The notes under the pieces were generated by a model that made no database searches, was not told the DNA's origin, and was given only the letters and a program-made list of their open reading frames with translations. 64,000 bases of DNA from the human T2T-CHM13v2.0 reference genome, Homo sapiens: the NCBI RefSeq assembly GCF_009914755.1, contig NC_060936.1, one strand, 5' to 3'. Position 1 is the stretch's first letter; each line of letters opens with the position of its first letter. Of the stretch, positions 45,996 to 60,000 are shown piece after piece. Position numbers and translations under genes: made by a program.

Positions 45996-46903
45996 GTGTA
46001 GACTCATCCAACTAGTCAATTTAGGGAGTTTTTACTATAAATCTCAATCCTAGATAATCCCACTCAGTAATGCACAGGTTGCTATAAGAATCAGACCAAA
46101 ATTATTCCAGATGCTTCTTAAATTTTAAATAATTTGCTTATGAATATGACTGCAAAAAGAGTAATAAAAGTAACAGAAGTGGAAAAATGGAGAAGAAGAG
46201 GGAGATGGAGAGGCAGAATGAGAGAGAAAAGCAGAAAGAGAGAGGAAGAGAGAAAAAGAGAAAAATGAAATTCACATTTACTGTAAGACTAGAGATTGAG
46301 CCTTATTAAATATACCTGTACTTGTACCTTGGGACAAAATATTTGTTGAGGTATATCGTATTTTATTCTTTTCAGATAACTTTTCTCTTTAGGGGTCAAT
46401 TAAGTAAAAGTTTTTGACAGCTATGCTAAATGAAACATCGAGGTTAAAATGTTAAACACATTATATTAACTCTGTAAATTAAGAATTAAATTATTGCCAA
46501 AATTAACCTTCTCACAATAACAAATAATCAAAAGAAAATTTGGTTACATTACCCCCAAATGCCTCTGGAATTAACTAAGAAGCAAAAGGGCTTCCCATAA
46601 TCCTTCATGTCTTCAGTGATGCTATTATATATATGGATGAATTTCCCCTCAGCCACATTTATTGAGAAGAATACTGTGGAAATGTTCTTGTTCATACTCT
46701 CACTCACACACACACACACAAAATTATTACTTTAATGGCTATTATATGCCAGTCAGTGTGCTCAGCCTAATAAAAAAAATAAAAAATAAACCCACAGACA
46801 CTGACCTAAAGAAACAGAGGCATGTGATTACCTGAAAATAAGTCAAAGTGACCATCACAATGCTGCTCAATGAGCTCAGGAAACTGATACATGAACAAAG
46901 TTG

Positions 46904-46997
46904 GAATATCAATAGACAGTAATTTTTTTAAATGACCAAACAGATATTTAGAATATCAATAGACAGTAATTTTTTAAAATGACCAAACAGATATTTA
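46904..46997 (+). repeat. 47-bp tandem duplication inside L1M
   Basis: gaatatcaatagacagtaattttt(t/a)aaatgaccaaacagatattta twice, one mismatch. Confidence 0.95.
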
Positions 46998-48389
46998 GAA
47001 TGTAAGAATACAATAACTGAATTGAAAAATCCACTAGAGGAGTTCAACAGTAGATTTGATTAAGCAGAAGAATCAGCAAACTCAAAGACAGTGCATCTGA
47101 AATGCAGTCAGAGGAGCAAAAAGGAAAACAAATAAAAAAGAATAAAGAAAGCCTAAAGGACTTATGGGATAACATCAAGTGAACCAACTTATGCATTTGG
47201 GGGTCCAGAAAGAAGAAGATAGAAAAAGGCAGAATGCTTGTTTGAAGAAATAACAGCTGAAAACTTCCCAAATCTGGAAAGGAAATGTACATCTAAATTC
47301 AAGAAGCCAAAATAACTTCAGCAAGATTAAATGCAAACAAAGCTACACAAAGACACATTATAATCAAATTTTCAAAAGTCAAAGACAAAGAGCATTTCAA
47401 AAGAAGCAAAAGAAAAGTGACTAATCATGTACAAGGGAACTGCCATCAGACTATCAGCAGAATTATCAATGGAACCATTGCAGGCAGAATAGAGTACAAT
47501 GACGTATTTAAAGTGTTGGAAGAAAAATCCACCAACCAAGAATACTATACATAGCCAAACTGTCCTTCAAAAATTAGGAAAAAATAAAGACTTTTCCAGA
47601 TAACAAAAGCTGATGAAGTTTATCATCACTCAACCTGCCTTACAGAAAATGATAACAGAAGACCTTAAAGTTGAAATGAAAAAAATACCAGACAGCAACA
47701 CGAAAGTATATAAAAGTACTTTTTAACTGGTAAAGGTAAATATACAGACAAATACAGAATACTATAATACTCCAACAGTGGTGTATATATCACCTTTAAT
47801 TCTGGTATATAACTTAAAGATAAAAACATAAAGATAACAACTATAAAAATATGTTAATGGACATGCCACCTAAAAATGGTAATTTGTGACATCAATGATA
47901 AATAGTGTAGGGGGAGGGGAGTAAATAGGTATATGGAAATAAAGTTAAGTTGTTATCAACTTAAAATAGATTGCTATATTTTATGTCAGCCCCATGGTAA
48001 CAACAACAAAAATTCCTATTGATGATACACAAAAGAAAATAAGAAAAGAATCAAAAGCGTGTCACACACACACAAAAATCAAGGAAACACAAAGGAAGAC
48101 AACAAAGGAGAAAAAGCAGGATAAGAAGCTACAAGACAAACAGAAAACAATAAAATGACAATAGTAAGTCCTACTCGATCAATAATAACTTTAAAAGTAA
48201 ATGGATTAAACTGTCAAAAGACAGAGAACAGCTGAATGAATTAAAAAAAAAAAAAAAAAAACCAAGAGCCAATTATATGCTGTCTACAAAAGACTTACCT
48301 AAGATTTAATGACATAAATGGGCTGAATGTGAAATGTTTGAAACATATATTTCATGCAAATGATAACCAAAAGCAAGAAGCTTCCAGGA

Positions 48390-48682
48390 TTTTTTTTTTT
48401 TTGAGATGGATTACAGGCATGCGCCTGTACTAGGATTACAGGCGTGAACCACCACACCAGGCCTTTTTGTTTGGTTGTTTATTTATTCTGTTTTGAGATG
48501 GAGTCTTGCTCTGTCTCCTGGGCTGGGGTGCAGTGGCGTGATCTCGCCTCACTGCAACCTCTGCCCCTTGGGTTCAATCTATTCTGCCTCAGCCTCCTGA
48601 GTAGCTAGGATTACAGGTGCCTGCCCCCACACTAATTTTTGTATTTTTAGTAGAGGCAGGGTTTCACCATGTTGGCCAGGCT
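48390..48682 (-). mobile_element. Rearranged Alu cluster (collapsed Alu plus 5'-truncated AluS) within L1M ORF2
   Basis: Poly(T)-gagatgga, ggattacaggcatgcgcc, ggattacaggcgtgaaccaccacaccaggcc, then a second Alu from 48464 to gttggccaggct. Confidence 0.8.
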
Positions 48683-51600
48683 ATGACACAAAATGTACTT
48701 TAAATTCATAACTGTCAAATAAGAGATAAATAAGGAAATTATATAAAGACAAGAGGGTTTATATACCATGAATATATGACAATTATAAATATACCCAACA
48801 TCAGAGCACCTATGCATACAAAGCAAACACTGATAGACTTGAAGGGAGAAACAGACAGTAACAAAAGAGTAGTGGAATATTTCAATTCCCTACTTTTAAT
48901 CATGAATAGAAGATCCAAACAAAAAGTCAATAAGGAAACAGAAGACTTGAAAAACACTATAGACTAAATGAATCTAACAGACATATATAGAACATTCCAT
49001 ACAACAGGAGCAGAATGTAAATTCTTCTCAAGGACATACAGAACATTCTCCAGGATAGACCACGTTATACTATAAAACAAGTCTTAACAAATTTAAGAAG
49101 ATGAAATCATACCAGTATCTTTTCCAAACACAATGAAATGAAACTAGGAGTCAGTAGCACTAGGAAAACTAGAAAATTCACAGATATATGGAAATTAAAT
49201 AACACACTTGAATAGTTAATTGATCAACTAAAAAATCAAAAAAGAAATTTTAAAATACCTTGAGACAAAGAAAATAAAAACATCACATAATACAATTGAT
49301 GAAACACAGCAAAAGCAGTAAAAAAGGGAAGTTTATAGGGGTAAATGCCCACATTTAAAAATAGAAAGATCTCAAAGAACCTAACTAAACACCTCAAGGA
49401 ACTAGAAAAAGAACAAACTAATTTCAAAGTTAACAGAAGGAAGAAAATAATAAAGATTAGAGCAGAAAGAAAATGAAATAGAGGATAAAAACAATAGAAA
49501 TAAAACCTACTAACATAAGGGTTGTTTTTTAAAAAGATCAACAACATTGACAAACCTTTGGGTAGACTAAGAAGGAAAGCAAAAAAGGGAAGACTCAAGT
49601 AAAATCAGAAATACACAGGAAATGTTACAACCAATACACAGAATAAAAAGATCATAAGAGACTACTCCTAATAATTATAACACCAGTAAATTGGATAATG
49701 TAGAAGAAATGGATAAATTTTAGAAACACTACAACCTACTATGACAGCAGAATCATTAGATAACTGGTAAGGAGATTGCTTCATCAATCAAAAATCTCTC
49801 AGCAAAGAAAAGCCCAGGACAAGATGACTTCAGCAGAGAATTCTACCAAACATTTAAAGAATTAATGGTAATCTTTTTCAAACTCCTCCCAAAACATTGA
49901 AGAAAATTGAACACTTCCAAACTTATTTATGAGGCCAATATTACCCTGATATGAAAGCCAGACAAAGCACTGCAGGAAAAGAGTACTACAAGCCAGTATC
50001 CCAGAGAAATACACATGCAAAAATCCTCAACAATACTAGCAAACTCAATTCAACAGCGCAGTAGAAGGATTATACACCATGATAAAGTGGTATTTATCCC
50101 TGGGGTGTGAGGATAGCTCAGCATATGAAAACCAACCAATATGATACACCATGTTAAAAGAACAAAGTATAACATCACATAATCATTTTAATATAAGAAG
50201 AAAAAGCATTTGACAGAATTCAACACCCTTTTATGATTAATAAAACACTCAACAAACAATAAATAGAAGAAATATACTTCAACATAATAAAAGTCATACA
50301 TGAAAAGCCCATAGCTAACATTATACTCAACAGTGATAAACTAAGTTTCTCTTTTACAATTAACTACAAAGCAAGTTTGTTCACTTTTAGCACTTTTCTT
50401 CAACAAAGTACTAGAACTTCTAGCAAGAGAAATTGGGTAAGAAAAATAAATAAAAGGCATCCAAATTAGAAAGGAAAAAGTAAAATTATCTTTGTTGGCA
50501 GATGAAAAAACCCTGATTCCACAAAAGATCTGTTAAAGCTCTTGAACAAATATAGCAAATTTGTAGGACATGAAATCAACATACGAAAATTGGTTGTGCG
50601 CCTAAACTCTAACAAGGAAAAATAGGAAAAGGAAATAAAGTAAATAATCTCATTTACAATAGCATCAATAATAATAAAATACTTAGAAATAAACATAACC
50701 AATGAGGCAAAAGACTTGTACACTAAAAACTATGAAACTGCTGAAAGAAATTTAAAAAGACATTAAAAAATGAAAATACAGCTTGTGCTTACAGGTTGGA
50801 AGACATTGTTAAAATATTTGTACTATCCAAAACAATCTACAGATTTAATGCAATCCCTATCAAAATCCCAATGTTACATTTTAGAGAAACAGTCAAAACA
50901 ATGCTAAAATTCATATGGAGCCATAAAGGACCCTAAATAGCTGAAAAAATCTTGAGAAATAACAAAGCTGGAGGCCTCACACTTCCTGACTTTCAAACAC
51001 ATTACAAAGCTACAGTACATAAAACCGTATGGTTTTTGGCATTAAACACAGATAATGAAACAGAATAGAGAGCCCAGAAATAAACTCACTTACATACAGG
51101 CAAATCTCCAACAAGAATACTAAGAATACACAATGGGGAAAAGATAGTCTCTTCAACAAGCTGTGTTGGGAAAACAATATCAAATGCAGAAGAATGAAAT
51201 TAGACCTCTATCTTACACCATGCACAAAAATCAACTCAAAATGCATTAAAGACTTAAACATAAGTCCTGAAGCTAAGAAACTCCTACATGAACTAATAGA
51301 AAAAAATTTCATAATATTGGTCTTGGCAATAATTTTCTGGATATGATGCCAAAGCTCAGGCAACAAAAGCAAAAATAGAGAAACGGGACTACAACAAACT
51401 AACAAACTTCTGTACAGTAGAGGAAACACTCAACAGAATGAAAGGCAGCCTATGGAATGCGAGAAAATATGCAAATTGTATCAGATAAGGAGTCACTATT
51501 CAAGATACATAATGAATTTCCACAGCTCAATGGCAGAAAAACAAATAACCCAATTAAAAACTGGGCAAAGGATTTGAATAGGCATTTCTCCAAAAAAGAT

Positions 51601-52499
51601 ATATAAATGGCCAATAGGTATATGAATAGATCCTTAACATCACTAATTATCAGAAAAATGCAAATCAAAACTGCAATGCAACATCACCTCACATCTGCTA
51701 GGATTGTCATTACCAAAAACAAACAAATATAAACAAAAACAGAAAATAACAAGTGTTGGCAAGGATGTAGAGAAACTGGAAACTGTTGCTGGGAATGTAA
51801 ATGTGCAGACTCCACAGAAAACAGCATAGAGGTTCCTCAAAAAATTGAAAATAAAACTACCATATGCTCCAGTTATCCCACTTGTGTGTATTTTTCCATC
51901 ACAATTGAAATAAGAATCTCAAAGAGATTTTTGTGCTCCCATGTTCACTGCAGCATCATTTGCAATAGCCAAGAGGTGGAAACAACCTAAGTGTCCACTG
52001 ATGGATGAATAAATAAAGAAAATGTAGTATATACATACAATGGAATATTATTTAGCCTTTAAAATGAAGGAAATCATGTCATATGCTACAACATGGATGA
52101 ATCTTGAGAACATTAAGCTAAGTGAAATAAGTCAGTAACAACAGGAGAAATACTGCATGAACCCAATTAACATGAGGTATGCAAAGGGGTCAAAATCATC
52201 CAAGCAGAAAACAGAGTGATGGTTTCCAGGCGCTAGGAGGAGAAGAAAATAAGGAGTTTCTATTCAATGGTTATAGAGTTTCAGTCATGAAAGATGAGAA
52301 AGTCCTAGATGTCTGCTGTACATCAATGTGCATATAGTTAACAATACTGTATTGTACACTTATATTAAGAGGGCAGATTTCATATTATGTGTTTTTTATC
52401 CAAAAATAAAAAAGAAAGAAAGGCAAGCAAGGAAGTAGGGAAGGAAGGGAGGAAGGAAGGAAAGAAGGAATGAAATGAATGAATTATAGTATGGAATGT

Positions 52500-54550
52500 T
52501 CTAGCATCTACTGCCACTGATTTCTAGTTTAATTGTATTGTGGTCATACAGCATACTCTGTATAATTTCAGTTCTTTGAAATTTGTTGAAATGAGCTTTA
52601 TGGCACAGCATAAAATCAGTATTTATAAATATTCCATGGGTGCTTAAAGGCTTATGTAAGCTGCACAGTAGGGTATAATGGTCTAAATATGTTTATTAGG
52701 TTTGGACATTTAATCACATTCAAGTGCTCCGTTTGCCTAATAATTATTTTGTGTGCTCATAGTCTATCAATTACTACAACTTTACTCTATGTATTTGTCT
52801 ATTGTTCCTTGTAATTCTGTCAATTTTCTTAAATCTATTTTGAGGCTATATTATTAGGTAAATGCAAGTTCAAATTGCTAGGTCCTCCTAGTAATTTTAA
52901 ATTTTATAATTATTAAGTAATTCTAGTAATGCCTTTTTTGTCTTAAAATCTACTTTGATTTTTCAGGGAAAAATACCTTTCTTTTGCATGGTCTATATTT
53001 TACTGCTCTTTCACTTTCAACCTTTCTGTATTATTATATTTTAAATGGGTATCTTTTAAACAGTTTAGAGCTGAGTTTCATTAATTCAGTTTCAAAATAA
53101 ATATTTTGAATGTTTAGTCTATGTATATTTAGTCTATGTATATTTAACAACAAATATATTCAATTTTTAAATAAACTGTCTTATTTTGTGCTTTCTCTTT
53201 TTCTGCCTATGCTGTTGATTTTTGTCCCCCCTGCTTTTACTTATTTTGAATTAATCATTTTTTGCTCATTCAATTTTCCCCTACACTCAGTAGTTTAGAA
53301 ATTTAACACTCTTTTCTTAAATAATAAAAAATTAAGTTTAGTCAATAACTTTAGGGTCCTTTGGGATAATAGAAGCGTCTTAAAATATTTTAACATATTT
53401 ATTCTCCCTACTATAATGTTATTGTTGTATTTTTAAATTTCTATACATTTTCTAAATTCTGTAAGATTATGAGGATAATGGTAATTATATCTTATTCTAT
53501 CAATACTCATTTAGGTTTACTCACTATTTATAACTAATTTTTTCAGCTTTTTACTTTTTAGAAATTATTTTTCTTTATTTCATTCTTGAAGGATATTCTT
53601 ATTAAGCATAGATTTCAAGCTCAGAAGCCATTTTCCTTCCATATATTGAGGAAGGGATGGAACTACTCCCTTCTGGTTTCAACTGTTGAAAAGTTAGTAT
53701 GATTAGTCTATTCATTATTCCTTTGAAGTTAATATTGCCTTTGGCTCCTATTTAGACTTTTTTGTCTTCAATTTTTCTGAATGTTCACTTTACCGTGTCT
53801 AGATCTCATGTCTTCCTGTTCCTTGAAGATATACTGATTTATCTTACTTAATGAGCACACTTGTATTATATTAACTGTTGGTTAATTCTAATTTGACATT
53901 TTTGTAGTCTGTTTCTGTTGTCTGTTGTTTCTGCCAGTTTTCATCCTACAGTTTTGTTTCCTTGGATGCCTAGTAGTAGTAAAAAGAAACCATATTTCTA
54001 AAAGTAACTTGAGGTCTAGGATAAAGATAGATTTCTCCAGGAAGAATGTTTATTATCCTTCACCAAAGGCATAATACATAAATGTAAATGAAATCCAAGG
54101 CTTGAGTCTCCCTGAAAAACCAAGATAACTGCTGCCTAGGCTTTATATCCATGCAACATCTTGTTTACTCCTAACTTGCCCTTATCATGAAGGTATCTGG
54201 TTTTGGAATTCCAGCTTATTGTGATGAGGGTCTGTTGAATGCTTCCTCCTACTATAGGTTCTTCGCTTTTGTTTCTGTCCCCTTTGCCCCAGAAATTTAT
54301 CAAAAGAAAAGCTGAAATTTTCAAGGAAGAAGAAAAGACCCTCATAGCAAAAGCAGTTCCACTGATTTTTTTCACTGTATTCTATTTTCTAGGTTTCTCT
54401 TTGGTTTTGGTCTGAGAATCCCTTGCTATTATTTTTATCATTTAAACTATTTTAAGAATTTTAAAAAATATTTTTATCCTCCTTTGTTAGTTGCTTTCAG
54501 AAGAATGTGGTTCAAATAACTTAGCTTTTATGCAAAATAAGAAATTCCAT
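52500..54550 (-). mobile_element. Ancient L1M (L1ME-like) fragments
   Basis: tgatttctagttttaattgtattgtggtca...tttcagttctttgaaatttgttga and cattcttgaaggatatt motifs of antisense L1M. Confidence 0.55.
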
Positions 54551-54684
54551 TCTTAATTTTCATCTTTTTAATTAATTGAAAATAGAAGACTATAACACTT
54601 TATTGGTGAAAACTAAGAGACTCAAAGTTCAGGTTAATAAGTAATAAAAATGTAAGTCAATTAAAATTAAAAACAAGCAGTTAA

Positions 54685-54991
<307 letters not shown>

Positions 54992-56959
54992 TTCTTTATT
55001 TTTTTAAAAAAAGCATTGGGTAACTCTGTTAAAGAGTTGCTAAAACAAAAATATTCTAGAGCCCTGCCAAGGCCCTGCTACACAGAAACTGCAAGGCAAA
55101 GACTAAGATTCTAGCATTCTAAAGGGCAAAGTAGACACTAACAGTAGACTAAATAGTCGTCAATATAAAATATATGTATAATTGACCTTGCTTAATCAAA
55201 AAAAAAAAGACAGAAGTCATGAGTAAACATCAGAATTGTACATATGTGCTTTCTTAATGAAGCCAGGCTTTGCTAACATGTGGCTCTGAAAAATTCAACA
55301 ATATACTGAACGAAACCAGAAAAGAAGTTATCCCCAAATGTTTACTATTGGAAATCAATTCAACTAGTTGTAACTATGTAAATTAAACTTTAAATTCAAT
55401 AATTATACTGTTAATATTTTACAAAGAATATTTGAAAATAATTTTATATAAGAATTATAGAATCAGTAAAGGTCTGACCTACATTTAGTCTCCCTCATGA
55501 AGTTAAAAGACAAATTATACATCGTGTAATACTGCCTTCAAACCTATATATGCAAGCATAAATTTAATTTTTATTAAAAATAATAGAAAATTTCCTAATT
55601 TATTTTATAAATGTATGCATTTATGTGACTATCACAATGTAAATATTCTCGTATTTGTTTACTCATTGATCTGATTTACTGTCCTGATTTATTTTCAGTG
55701 CTGTAGTTACATAAAAATATTATTTTTAGATATTGAAATTTTATCAAAATATTGATAGGTAATATTTTTCTATTTTGTAAAAATTATGTAAAAATTCAAA
55801 ATAAATACCACATACTATATTAAAATTGGTACTTTTCTAATATTCAGAGTGAAGTTGCTCAGATTAAGATAAAGTATGTTTAATTTTTGAGTATTTTATT
55901 TTGCTATAAGTCCCTCATGTCTAGCTGCTAAATAACCATTTTCTTGGTCATGCATAATTGATCAGAATAAAGCAGTATTGCCATTGTATTCATTGGGACA
56001 AACAGTCTCAACATGCACACATTTAGTTCACAATCAATAACTTTTTTATAATAAACAAAAAACTTGTTTGTTCTTAGTTGATAAAATTATGCCTCTTTAA
56101 TAGGCAGATTTCTCATTTGTTTGCCTGCTCCTCCCAAATTCCTTTCTCATTTTTCATGCAACAAATCTCTAAGAATATTATTAGTGTTATTTTAATTCGA
56201 AATCATTTCTTTTTCTGTAATTGGTTTTTGCCACATACTTCTTATTGCTCTGTAATAATCCCCCCATGGTAAATACATAAGTCCAGCTCTCAGAGTATTG
56301 TTACATGGCCACACAACAATTGTGATCAACCTGCATCATTAAATGAGTATTGGCCCACAGAGAATCATTCTTCCACTTTCTATTGGTCATTATACGTGGG
56401 TTTTGCTCTTCATTAATTCCATATTGTCATTTAATTATTAAACTAAGTCTTCCTCTCCATTCTGCATACCTTCCCCTGGTATCCAACCAAGAGAGAATTC
56501 TTGTTCTTAAGGCCCTCATGATCTAATTAAAACCCAGATAAAATGAGAACTAAAGGGCAAACGGTTGGCTGCAAAAAAAAAAAATGTATGACAGACTACA
56601 GATTAACAAGGTAAAAATACAGACCAGCTGCTGAGAGACTAAATAAGGAAGTCACAGAAACTAGTTGGTACTTGTCAAGGAAGACTTCATAAAGAACAAA
56701 TGAAGTTCTAATTTACTCTGATTCCTTTGAGAAGCCCTCCCTGATTTCCCAAAATAAAGGAAGTTTTCTCTGCTCTATGAACCCACAGCACTTGAACATA
56801 TCTCTAACACGGCACTCAGCCATTATATTGTAGTCTATTGCCCCTCAGTAACTAAAAACTTACTGAGAAGAACTATATTATTGTGTTCATATCTCAAACA
56901 AGTAACCAAGTGCCTCAATCACAAGTGTTTTCTCAGTGAATAAAAGTGTCATCAGAACA

Positions 56960-57600
56960 TAGATCTAGCAATACCACTTCTAGATATATATACAAAAGAT
57001 ATGAAATCAATCTCTCAAAGAATATGCACTCCTATGTTCACTGCAGCAGTATTCATAATAGCCAAGATACAGAAACATGGAAACAACCTAAGTGTCTGTT
57101 GACAGATAATTGGATTTTAAAAATGTGATTACATACACACAATGGAATATTATTTATCTTAAAAAAAAAAAAAGAAAATCCTGTTTGAGACAAGATGGAT
57201 GAACCTGGAGGACATTATGCTAAGTGAAATATGCCAGACACTGAAAGACAAATCCTGCATAGTCTCACTTATATGTGGAAACTAAAAAAGTCAAACTCAT
57301 AGAAGCAAAGACTAGAACCATAGATGCCATGGGCCGTGGTCAGGGGGAAGGAGAGGAATGAAAGGATGTTGGTCAAAGGATACAAACTTTCAGTTATATG
57401 ATGAATAAGTTCTGGAGATCTAATGTACAGCATGGTGACTATAGTTAATAATAACGTATTGTATACTTGAAACGTGCTAAGAAAGTAGATCCTAAGTTTT
57501 CTGATCATAAAAAGGTAAATATGTGAGGTGACAAGTTAATAAGCTGAATTAGTGAATCATTTTGCAATGTATACATGTATCTATATTTTTAATTTTAAAA
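56960..57600 (+). mobile_element. L1MA (about MA8/9) 3' end
   Basis: ggatacaaactttcagttat...gaataagttctggagatctaatgtacagcatggtgactatagttaataat. Confidence 0.8.
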
Positions 57601-58112
57601 AAGTGCTACCTCCCACTCATGGACTATAAAGATTCAGACATATTGGAATTTAAAGTCCAAACTCTTTATGGCTTTGAGGCTTTATCCCTCTTTCTAGAAT
57701 GATTTCCTCCACCACCATTCACACACATCCATACACACACATACATATTTTCCATATTCATCCTTCTGATCTTAAATGTTACTTTTTTAGACAAAGTCTT
57801 CTTGAATTCCAGTGTAAATTAAGTCCCAAGGGTTGCCTCTCATAGCATCTTAGACTTTTCCTATATTGCCCTTACCATAATTTGCAATAATTCGTGTGTG
57901 TGTATGTATGTATCCTTTACCACCAAACCAAGGTAGAAAATGAAAAATACAAACAAGGGCCTGTGGGATTTTTCCAAAAGTAGTTTCAGAGAAAAAAAAT
58001 TACTATCTATACATCTAAATGGTATGAAATGTGAAGTTTCTAGCACATGTACAAATAGCTAGATTAGAATTTCTTTAGTCAAAATAGCTTGTAGTGGCCC
58101 CGGGAATTGACT

Positions 58113-58765
58113 CAGTGGTTGACAAACTATGACCCAGAAGCCAAATCTATCCACCACCAGTTTTGTACAGGCTTGTGGCTAAGAATAGCTCCATATCTTA
58201 AAATGGTTGGAAAAAATTAAAAGAAGAGTATTTTATGATGTAAAATTATATTATAGAAAATTCAAATTTCAGTAACAATAAACATAGTTTTAGCCAGGCA
58301 CAGAGGCTCATGCCTGTAATCTCAGCAAGTTGGGAGGCCAAGGTGAGTGGATCACTTGAGGTCAGCAGTTCGGGACCAGCCTGGCCAACATGGTGAAACC
58401 TCATCTCTACTAAAAATACAAAAATTAGCTGGGTGTGGTGGCAGGCACCTGTAATCACAGCTACTCAGGAGACTGAGGCAGGAGAATCCCTTGAACTGGG
58501 AAGTGGAGGCTGCAGTGAGCCAAGATTGCGCGACTGCACTCCAGCATGGGTGACACAGCAAGACTCCATCTTAAAACACAACAACAACAAAAAAAACATG
58601 GTTTTATTAGAAGACCGCATGATCATTCATTTTCATTTTCATATCATTTGTGGCTGCTTTCATGCTATAAAGACAGAGTTTAGTGGCTACAATACAAACC
58701 ATGTGGCATGCAAGACCAAAAATACTTATTGTCTCGCCCTTTACAGAACAAACGTACATACCACT
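58113..58765. mobile_element. MER58B-like hAT element split by an Alu
   Basis: cagtggttgacaaactatgaccc...gctaagaat... and, after the Alu, tggctgctttcatgcta...gccctttacagaa. Confidence 0.75.
58292..58597 (+). mobile_element. AluS (Sx/Sz-like) with TSD-like aaacat(a/g)gtttta
   Basis: Dimeric Alu with a (CAA)n-containing tail; duplicated flank. Confidence 0.9.
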
Positions 58766-58769
58766 ATTC

Positions 58770-59211
58770 CACCCAAATTATTATTACAGGCAAAACATAG
58801 TAATCCAGTTCCCTTTGGTAATGACTGTCTGAGTTATGGGCGTGTGACCCAATTCTGGCCAATGAGAAATGAAGAGAAACCTGTGAGGCAACTTCTCAGA
58901 GATGCTTTCTTGCTTTTAAGAACGACGTACAGATACGTACAGTATATCAGATGATATACTGATGTTTCCTTTATTACTCTGGGTGTACTTGTATCTGGAT
59001 ATAATTCCTATAATTGTTATACCAGCACACAGAGGAGGGCAGAAAAAAGGGAAGCAAAGAGAAGCAGAGGTAGAACCCTGGCATACCTTTCTCTGTGTTG
59101 TCCTATCTGTGAACTACTTCTAGCATGAAATGACAAATTTTCTCTTTATTTTTCAGTCAGTTTGCATCAAAGTTTGCTGTAACTTGGAGCCAAAGGTATC
59201 CTAACCACACA
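58770..59211 (+). mobile_element. MLT1J-like LTR remnant
   Basis: gtgtgacccaattctggccaatgag and tgctgtaacttggagccaaaggtatcctaac. Confidence 0.6.
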
Positions 59212-59687
59212 TACCTAAATCCAAAACTGTACGGCATGCTTTTGGGTCCAGGAGCTTGTGAAAAAAGAAAACTTACTATAGCATTTATTATAGAAAAAGG
59301 TATCTATAAGGTTAAAAAGTATAAATTCAAGAGGGAAAAAAAAAGAGTCTAGAATGGGGATGTTAGTTTGGGACTTTGTTTCTTCTCTACCAGTTAGCAT
59401 GCAGGTCTCCTCTGCTATACCAAAGGAAAGTCTAAAATTCATACAAGTCCCATTTTTCTGTATGTGCCTCTGAATTTTAGAAAGAGGCAGGGTAGGCTAC
59501 AAAATGGAACACCAGAAGCACAGCATATGTCATGGAAACAGCACATGGGTAATAGATAAAACTGATCCATTACTGATAGGGATAATCTGTTTATTCACAG
59601 GGGATCACATCATAATAAAAAATATAGCAATTATAACAGCTAACACTTATATGGAGCTTACTATGTACCAGGCACTGTTTCAAAGTA

Positions 59688-60000
59688 CAGTTGATCCTTG
59701 AACAACATGAGATTGAACTATACAGGTCCCCTTATTCATGGATTTTCGTTCCATTCTGCAACCCCTGGGACAGCTGGACCAACTCTTCCTCCTATTCCTC
59801 CTCCTCAACGTACTCAATGTGATGACAATGAGAAAGGAGACCTTTATGATAATCTACTTCCACTTAATAAATAGTAAATACATTTTCTAATTTTTATGAT
59901 TTTCTTAATAACATTTTCTTTTCTTTAGATTATTTTAAGCTAAAACTTAAAGCTTTTCTTTAGCTAACTTTAAGCTGTATCATAACAATACAGTATATAA
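59688..60000 (+). mobile_element. Tigger2a left part, interrupted by the L1 at 60001
   Basis: TA|CAGTTGATCCTTGAACAAC TIR, cctcctcctcaacgtactcaatgtga...acttccacttaataaatagtaaata; stops at aatacagtatataa. Confidence 0.85.

Larger units (their letters stand above)
46790..52415 (+). mobile_element. Old L1M (L1MA/L1MB-type) element, about 5.6 kb: ORF1 remnant, ORF2, 3'UTR; highly decayed
   Basis: ORF1-like gctgaaaacttcccaaatctg; EN-like ORF 48776..48967 (IINIPNIRAPMHTKQTLIDLKGE); RT-region gaaaaagcatttgacagaattcaacaccc; L1MB-like 3'UTR. Confidence 0.85.

Noticed and set aside
58433-58954. 173-aa ORF
   Set aside because: Starts at a GTG in an Alu right arm and runs through MER58 and MLT1 remnants; no domain or splice support.
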